64,000 nucleotides of DNA, from positions 3,700 through 67,699 of IMG/VR virus record IMGVR_UViG_3300047548_000785. One strand, written 5' to 3'. The position numbers and the translations under genes are program-made. Under the pieces are notes generated by a model. That model was not told where the DNA came from and did no database searches. It saw nothing but the letters and a program-made list of their open reading frames with translations. Positions 59,001 through 64,000 of this stretch are shown here, in pieces (within the stretch, counting starts at the first letter, position 1; each line of letters opens with the position of its first letter). The DNA comes from a virus.

Positions 59001-59343
59001 TAGGACTTACATCATTCTTGCTAGCGATAACAGGATTACTTCTGCTATCCCAGTGGATGAAGCTAAAGGTTCTGATAATGGTGTAATTAAGTTCTTAAAC
59101 TATCGTCAGCTTCCCTATACAGACGAAGAACTGTATGTCATCGCCTTTAAGCCAAGGGTAACCAAGGCAGGTAAGAAGATGGCCTACATGGTACTGGCAG
59201 ACACAGCACGTGAGCTACACTCTGTAACAGTATTTCCAACGCAATTCCCAAAGGCTTACATGAAAGTCAAAGAGGGTAATGCATACAAATTTGATTTTGG
59301 TAAAACAAAAGACGGAACAATAATAATGAATGAGGTATATTAA
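56071..59343 (+). CDS. dnaE: DNA polymerase III alpha subunit
   Basis: PHP motifs LHVHTHYS and ITDHG; GPGRGSAAGS; PDIDTD; GIHAAG; KIDALGL; YSFNKSHA. Confidence 0.97.
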   Translation: MSYVGLHVHTHYSLFDGIATPQEYVDRAQELGMPAIAITDHGSLSGHREMYRTAKEAGIKPILGVEGYMAQDRFDHRDASEREHVLDMVYNHIVILAKNEKGLENLNKLNEIAWTEGFFKKPRIDFEVLEQYSEGLIVTSACPSGIVAKSIETGELAVAKEKIEWFHRVFGDDYYIEVMPHNAPEINKTLLELADEYGIKAVVTPDCHHSHTGQKEIQELKLILNTYSNKIEKGATFEKSREYDNLMDRLDYLYGADRQMSFNKFEIHLLSYEEMKAAMEKQGIDREDIYQHSLEIANKVEDYNIQDHLDLLPAQYLKPDEELRSMAIEGLVARGLDGKEEYIARLEEELQVIKDKKFAPYFMVVRNMINWAKKEGIRVGPGRGSAAGSLLCYALGITDIDPIVHGLLFFRFINPERNDFPDIDTDIQDSRRDEVKEYLVKQYRHVASIATFLQFKDKGVVRDIARVLHIPLTDVNKVLKTIDTWDEYCTSKTTLWFREKYPEVEQYGEQLRGRIRGTGIHAAGVVTAKEPIFKYAPMETRTSPGTKERIPVVAVDMGEAERIGLIKIDALGLKTLSVLDDTINIIKERHGVEIKPLEIDMEDRQVYEMLSAGHTKGVFQCEATPYTNLLVKMGVKNLDELAASNALVRPGAMNTIGKDYIARKHGKQNVDYRHMKMKEFTGDTYGCILYQEQVMQACVELGGMTMTTADKVRKIIGKKKDAKEFKQFEDMFVKGASQYLGEEGAKDLWHDFEAHAGYSFNKSHAVAYSTLSYWTAWLKYHYPLEFMFALLKNEKDKDTRTEYLIEAKRMGIPIKLPHVNDSDIDFKIEGKGIRFGLAGIKYVSDIIASRYIAARPFNSYKELEEFTFGKGNGVNSRALNSMRLIGAATFPDNPRNDAEVREHLYEYLNLPEFNISVPPHFHAFINEAEEYEEKGAFILMGMVKNIKRGKGWSRVEILDKTGVVGIFDDEQTTIEAGRTYIILASDNRITSAIPVDEAKGSDNGVIKFLNYRQLPYTDEELYVIAFKPRVTKAGKKMAYMVLADTARELHSVTVFPTQFPKAYMKVKEGNAYKFDFGKTKDGTIIMNEVY

Positions 59344-59660
59344 TGTTTGATGATTTATGTGAAGAACTACATAAAACAGCAGTAGAAAAAGGCTTTTGGC
59401 CTGAAGATGTTGATGACATCTTTGTAACTAAACAACTTATGATGATTGTGTCGGAAGCTGTTGAGGTTATGGAGGCTATTCGCAAGGATAAGGGTGAAGA
59501 AGAGATTGCAGACGAAATGGCTGATATCTTGATCCGTACCTTTGATTTGTACGCTGGTTTAGTAGAACACGGGTATACTAGAGTATCCCTTGATTATGCT
59601 TTTGAAAAGAAAACTAATGTAAATAAGACAAGACCAGAAAGACACGGGGTACGATTCTAA
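59343..59660 (+). CDS. MazG-like NTP pyrophosphohydrolase
   Basis: SEAVEVMEA...DEMADILIR. Confidence 0.85.
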   Translation: MFDDLCEELHKTAVEKGFWPEDVDDIFVTKQLMMIVSEAVEVMEAIRKDKGEEEIADEMADILIRTFDLYAGLVEHGYTRVSLDYAFEKKTNVNKTRPERHGVRF

Positions 59661-60673
59661 TGACAACCATTGATGAAGCACTTGCTTTACTAGATCCTAA
59701 ACTACGCAAAAAGGTTTCTGCTGGAGTAGGAATTAAAACTGAGTTTCAAAAGACACCAAGTCCTGGACTCAATAGGGCTTTGGGAGGGGGACTACCTTAT
59801 GGACGACAGGTTCTGTTATGGGGTAGCAAGTCATCTGCCAAGTCTTCCCTATGTCTACAAACCATTGGTATTGCACAAAAAGAAGGCAAGCTGTGTGCAT
59901 GGATTGATGCTGAGATGTCCTACGATGAAGAATGGGCAAAGCGACTTGGAGTGGACACAGAGCAGCTAATCTATTCAGAGGCTCGTAGCATTAACGACAT
60001 GGTCGATGTTGCTGTCGGTCTTCTACATGCAGGAGTAGATATTATTGTCATTGATAGTATTAGCTCCTTGTTACCAGCGGTATACTTTGAGAAGGACTCT
60101 GATGAACTTAAGCAGCTAGAGAATACTAAGCAGATTGGTGCAGAGTCTAAAGATCTCAAGCACGCATGGCTTATGATTAACTATGCTAACAATCGTGAGA
60201 AGCCAGCACTTATTATTGCAATTTCTCAATCACGTAATAATATTTCTGCTATGTACACACAGAGTGTGCCTACAGGTGGTCAGACTACACAGTTTATGTC
60301 GTCTACCATTATTAAGTTATTCTCTTCCACATCCGATTCTCAGGCTATTAAGGCTAAGATTAAGGTAGGAGATAAGCTCATTGAACAAAAAGTTGGCCGA
60401 CGTGTACGCTGGGAAGTTCAAAACTCAAAGACATCTGCACCAGGAGATAGTTCTGAATATGACTTTTATTTCCGTGGTGACCGAATCGGAATTGATGCCA
60501 TTGGAGATCTTGTAGATACTGCAGAAATGCTTGGTATCGTAGAACGTACTGGTGCATGGTACATCCTTCCAGATGGCTCTAAGGTACAAGGCCGTGACGC
60601 TTTTGTGGCTAAAGTACGCGAAGATGAAATCCTTCGTGCATCTATTGAGGAGAAGCTCAATGGGCAGGTATAA
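59660..60673 (+). CDS. recA: RecA-like recombinase
   Basis: LGGGLPYGR, WIDAE, IIVIDSI, ISQ.R, TGG, GAWY; Walker A is atypical. Confidence 0.93.
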   Translation: MTTIDEALALLDPKLRKKVSAGVGIKTEFQKTPSPGLNRALGGGLPYGRQVLLWGSKSSAKSSLCLQTIGIAQKEGKLCAWIDAEMSYDEEWAKRLGVDTEQLIYSEARSINDMVDVAVGLLHAGVDIIVIDSISSLLPAVYFEKDSDELKQLENTKQIGAESKDLKHAWLMINYANNREKPALIIAISQSRNNISAMYTQSVPTGGQTTQFMSSTIIKLFSSTSDSQAIKAKIKVGDKLIEQKVGRRVRWEVQNSKTSAPGDSSEYDFYFRGDRIGIDAIGDLVDTAEMLGIVERTGAWYILPDGSKVQGRDAFVAKVREDEILRASIEEKLNGQV

Positions 60674-60839
60674 CATCTACTCTGGTACATTTATCTGCCA
60701 AACATGCGGTGCAGAGGTGCCTACCATTCGTAGCTATCCAAATGAAAAGAAGCTAACTTGGATGTGTAAGGAAAGACACGTTAGCGAAGTTAGTCTTAAT
60801 ACAAAGAAAACGAGGAAAGATTATGAGCGAGAGGGGTGA
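60660..60839 (+). CDS. 59-aa zinc-ribbon protein
   Basis: CQTC...CKERH; GAGGAG before ATG 60660 (track start 60552 is too long). Confidence 0.7.
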   Translation: MGRYNIYSGTFICQTCGAEVPTIRSYPNEKKLTWMCKERHVSEVSLNTKKTRKDYEREG

Positions 60840-61110
60840 GTCTAAGCGTCTTGGTGCTAAGCAGCACAAAAACTCAGGACGTAATACTAAAAAGGGCGAT
60901 GCTACTTGGTATAACTTTTGCGTTGACTTCAAAGAGGTGGGTAAATCCTTTACACTAAACAAAGAAGTATGGGCTAAAGCATGTACTGATGCCATTAAAA
61001 ATAATTTAGATCCTGCCATAGTTGTTGTAATTGGCGAGGGTAATTCCAAAACAAGACTAGCAGTCATTGAACTAGATCTTTTAGAGCAATTGCTAGATGA
61101 CGGAGATTAG
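60823..61110 (+). CDS. Putative Holliday junction resolvase, PD-(D/E)xK type
   Basis: E...NSG...KGD...VDFK motif order. Confidence 0.7.
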   Translation: MSERGESKRLGAKQHKNSGRNTKKGDATWYNFCVDFKEVGKSFTLNKEVWAKACTDAIKNNLDPAIVVVIGEGNSKTRLAVIELDLLEQLLDDGD

Positions 61111-61125
61111 GGTATACTAGATATA

Positions 61126-61431
61126 ATGGAAAAAACAGAAACAACGATTGATGCAATCAATTGGGTACAAGAAATAGCAGATTATATGAATGATGATGAT
61201 CTGTCAGATGCTCTTGCCATGGTTGCAAAATTAATTATTAAACCAGATATTCCTCTACAGGTTGCTACCATTGAGATTGTACGCTTACAGGCTATTGCAG
61301 CTAAGATGCAGTTTAAGGCAACCTGGTTAACCAATGTAGATAAGGGAGATAGAGCGAAGAAGAATATCTATTATACGGCAGCAGAGGCAATTAATAATTT
61401 AGTTGCAGCTCTTAAGTATATTATTCGCTAA
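61126..61431 (+). CDS. Hypothetical helical protein
   Basis: 101-aa ORF; TATACT 7 nt before the ATG. Confidence 0.75.
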   Translation: MEKTETTIDAINWVQEIADYMNDDDLSDALAMVAKLIIKPDIPLQVATIEIVRLQAIAAKMQFKATWLTNVDKGDRAKKNIYYTAAEAINNLVAALKYIIR

Positions 61432-61433
61432 AT

Positions 61434-62243
61434 ATGATTATGAAAAATTTACTAAGTCAGGTTATGGAAAAGCCAGCAGACGTTAAGGTTGTTGACACAT
61501 CTGGAATTGATGTCGATTCCCTTGTGGAAAAAATTAAGTCTGGATATATTGCTAACCGTGGTCCAAGACATCAACAGAAGAAAACATTTGCACCATCAAC
61601 CATTGCTTATGGACACGGCGAATGTGCTCGTTATTGGTACCTTGCATTTGAGGGCGGTACCTTTGAAGATAACGCAGATGCTTTTGCAGGAGCCAATATG
61701 ACCAATGGTACGTTGTCACACGCACGTATTCAAAAGGCAATGGAAGATGCAGGCATTCTTAAAGAAGCAGAGTTTAAGATCATTAACAATGATCCACCTA
61801 TTTTTGGATACGGAGACGTTATCCTAGACTGGGAAGGCGAGGAGCTTCTCGGTGAAATTAAAACAATGATGAATGAGGGGTTCGAGTATCGTAAGAATAA
61901 TCGTAGACCTAAGTCTGGACACCTTATTCAGTTATTGATTTATATGAAAATTCTACAGAAGAAAAAAGCTGTTCTGATTTATGAAAATAAAAACAATCAC
62001 GAACTACTTGTTTTGCCTGTTGAAATAAACGATTATTACATCAAGTGGGTTAACCAGGCATTTGACTGGATGCGAACGGTACGTAAATCATGGGAAGACA
62101 AAAAGCTTCCAGAAAAGGTTTATCGTTCTAATTCTAAGATTTGCAAGTCTTGTCCTTTGAGCAAGGTTTGTGCAGATGCTGGCAAGGGAGACGTAAGAAT
62201 CAATTCCCTGGAGCCGCTAGATGAAAAACTGTCAATGGTGTGA
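61434..62243 (+). CDS. Cas4-like PD-(D/E)xK exonuclease
   Basis: CAR, H, GYGD, EIKT, QLxxY and CxxCxxxxxC Fe-S staple. Confidence 0.85.
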   Translation: MIMKNLLSQVMEKPADVKVVDTSGIDVDSLVEKIKSGYIANRGPRHQQKKTFAPSTIAYGHGECARYWYLAFEGGTFEDNADAFAGANMTNGTLSHARIQKAMEDAGILKEAEFKIINNDPPIFGYGDVILDWEGEELLGEIKTMMNEGFEYRKNNRRPKSGHLIQLLIYMKILQKKKAVLIYENKNNHELLVLPVEINDYYIKWVNQAFDWMRTVRKSWEDKKLPEKVYRSNSKICKSCPLSKVCADAGKGDVRINSLEPLDEKLSMV

Positions 62244-62514
62244 TGCCAACTTTAACCCAAGAGTATCTTATCAGATCTACTGTAGCGATACATGTAGAGA
62301 AGAAGCTACTAAAGAAAAAATAGCTCAACGCTATATAATTTCTAGACGCAACAGAATGATGGGCAAGACAAAAACATGTAAGTCTTGTGGACAACCATTG
62401 TCGGTATATAATGATGAACCACTATGTTCCGCATGTGTTGTTAATCCATCTGATGTTTCCAAAGCAATTAAAGAGATTAAGGGGATAGCTAATGGCAAGC
62501 GAAAGCTCGAATAG
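62221..62514 (+). CDS. Cys-rich zinc-finger protein
   Basis: CxxC, YCSxxC, CxxC, CxxC. Confidence 0.75.
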   Translation: MKNCQWCDANFNPRVSYQIYCSDTCREEATKEKIAQRYIISRRNRMMGKTKTCKSCGQPLSVYNDEPLCSACVVNPSDVSKAIKEIKGIANGKRKLE

Positions 62515-63052
62515 TTTTGTCTCTATCGATGCTAATACTACAAGCATTGCTTTTGCGTTGTGGGAAAATGATAGCTTAAAATCTATTGGAAAGATTTATT
62601 GGGAGGGCAAAACTAACTATGAGAAGGTAGCAGATGCTGCTAAAAAGCTATCTGCTGCTTTTTCAGTTGTCGCTAACACCGACACAGTTGTCATTGAACA
62701 TACTGTTTTTATGAATAGTCCAAAGACTGCAGCAGATCTTGCACTGGTCCAAGGTGCTATTCTGGCGGCATTGTCAATGGCAGGTGTTAAAACAATTAAA
62801 TCAATTAATCCAATTGCTTGGCAAACCTTTATTAAAAATGGTAGGCTAACTACACCAGAGAAACAGGTAATACGCAATGAAAATCCAGGAAAATCAGATG
62901 CATGGTACAAGAATAAAGAGCGAGAGTTTAGAAAACTTCGAACAATTTCTTTTGTCAATAAACGATATGGTCGCACCGTTACAGATAACGACATTGCAGA
63001 TGCAATTGGCATTGGCCACTATGCAATCTTCAACTGGGAAAAACTAGGTTGA
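62492..63052 (+). CDS. RuvC-like resolvase
   Basis: SIDA, VVIE, DxADAIGIG RNase H-fold acidic motifs. Confidence 0.85.
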   Translation: MASESSNSFVSIDANTTSIAFALWENDSLKSIGKIYWEGKTNYEKVADAAKKLSAAFSVVANTDTVVIEHTVFMNSPKTAADLALVQGAILAALSMAGVKTIKSINPIAWQTFIKNGRLTTPEKQVIRNENPGKSDAWYKNKEREFRKLRTISFVNKRYGRTVTDNDIADAIGIGHYAIFNWEKLG

Positions 63053-63064
63053 CAAGGAGACGCT

Positions 63065-63220
63065 ATGGGTGTAAAATTATATCAGAACGAAGCTTGGCTA
63101 CGTAAGCGATTTCAGGTAGATCGTAAAACACCAGAGCAGATTGCTGCTGAATGTGGAGCTAGTCTAAAAACAATATACATATATTTAGATAAATTTGGAT
63201 TGAGGAAATTAAAAAAATGA
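63065..63220 (+). CDS. 51-aa helix-turn-helix protein (not in the ORF track)
   Basis: MGVKLYQNEAWLRKRFQVDRKTPEQIAAECGASLKTIYIYLDKFGLRKLKK; RBS AAGGAG; ATGA overlap with the next gene. Confidence 0.8.
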   Translation: MGVKLYQNEAWLRKRFQVDRKTPEQIAAECGASLKTIYIYLDKFGLRKLKK

Positions 63221-63531
63221 CTTATCAGGGCTTTAAATCTAACGAAGAGTTATTCGTAGAATACTACGATGCAGCTAACCGAGCTAAGCAAGAAATGGAT
63301 ATGGTTAACCATCCTAAGCATTACACCTCAGATCCATCTGGTGTAGAGGCCATTGAGATTACTCGTCACCGCAACTTTAACATTGGTAATGCTATTAAGT
63401 ATTTATGGCGAGCTGGACTCAAAGAAGATGCAAACAAAAGCACACTGCAAAAGCAGGTAGAAGATTTACGCAAGGCTGTATTCTATATCAATGATGAAAT
63501 TGCACGACTGACTGGAGAGTTTGATGGCTAA
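63217..63531 (+). CDS. DUF3310 family protein
   Basis: DMVNHPKHYT, GNAIKYLWRAG, EDLRKAVFYI. Confidence 0.88.
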   Translation: MTYQGFKSNEELFVEYYDAANRAKQEMDMVNHPKHYTSDPSGVEAIEITRHRNFNIGNAIKYLWRAGLKEDANKSTLQKQVEDLRKAVFYINDEIARLTGEFDG

Positions 63532-63859
63532 GCTAAAGAAAACGGACATGCCAAGTGTTCCAGTAGCAAATACAAGTAAATTTGCATACGAGTCCTTTTG
63601 GGTTAATCCAGAGGGGTTTACTATCAGTGCTGGTGATATAATTAAGATTAAGGGTAAAAACGCATTTGGTGTTGGTGAATGGGGCATTCAGTTTAAAGTG
63701 AGAGCCTTTTGCACCAATATTGAAACTGGGAAGAAGTGGGTTGACTGCTACGAAATGTATCGTGGTCGTGCAGGTGTTATGAGATCGTTTGCCCTTGATA
63801 GAATTAAGCGAATACCACCAAGGAGGAAGCGTCGTGTCAATCGAACAGAAGACAGTTGA
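63521..63859 (+). CDS. Hypothetical protein, SH3-like beta pattern
   Basis: GDIIKIKG...F...WVDC...RSF..DRIK. Confidence 0.7.
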   Translation: MMAKLKKTDMPSVPVANTSKFAYESFWVNPEGFTISAGDIIKIKGKNAFGVGEWGIQFKVRAFCTNIETGKKWVDCYEMYRGRAGVMRSFALDRIKRIPPRRKRRVNRTEDS

Positions 63860-64000
63860 GCATTTAGATCAGGTCAACAAAGTTGTAGCAAAATATCTTG
63901 AGGGTAATGACCCAACAAAGATTTCCAAAGAACTTGCTATTCCACGTCAAAAGGTTGTTGCTTATCTAGATGAATGGCGACAGATGGCATCTAATAATGC
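63834..64000 (+). CDS. 5' part of an HTH-containing gene running off the window
   Basis: AAGGAGG then GTG 63834: MSIEQKTVEHLDQVNKVVAKYLEGNDPTKISKELAIPRQKVVAYLDEW... Confidence 0.75.
   Translation, partial: MSIEQKTVEHLDQVNKVVAKYLEGNDPTKISKELAIPRQKVVAYLDEWRQMASNN

Noticed and set aside
55351-59343. Visibly higher GC in ssb/dnaE as a sign of recent transfer
   Set aside because: The capsid and tail tube genes show the same codon style, so expression-linked codon bias is the simpler explanation; not quantified.
52897-60673. Inteins or introns in dnaB, dnaE and recA
   Set aside because: Lengths are normal, motifs are contiguous, and no intein terminal or LAGLIDADG motifs were seen.
1-64000. tRNA genes, integrase, terminase large subunit, tail sheath
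   Set aside because: None recognised by eye; they may lie outside the window. tRNAscan-SE and HMM searches would be needed to exclude them.

Overview
The window is a 64 kb piece of a large, AT-rich tailed phage genome, most likely a siphovirus: there is a tail tube gene, chaperones and a 2886-aa tape measure, and no sheath gene. The host is probably an actinobacterium (r1t-type holin, DnaE-based replisome, many apparently leaderless genes; inference). Layout: 1-3.4 kb small leftward genes and structured non-coding DNA; 3.4-5.6 kb lysis cassette; 5.6-23.4 kb minor tail/fibre genes including a 3404-aa giant; 23.4-51.8 kb portal, protease/scaffold, capsid, neck, tail, tape measure and tail-tip genes; 51.8-64 kb replication and recombination genes (DnaB, primase, SSB, DnaE, MazG-like, RecA, two resolvases, Cas4-like nuclease). 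The most striking signals are: (1) the giant protein has nine CBM-like opening motifs and nine closing motifs arranged like balanced brackets, suggesting domains inserted inside one another up to seven deep; (2) the tail chaperone G/GT pair appears to be made by gene duplication instead of frameshifting; (3) two candidate promoter-driven structured small RNAs; (4) an interlocked chain of palindromic repeats and several Cys-rich micro-ORFs near the left end. All family assignments are from motif recognition by eye; no searches were run.
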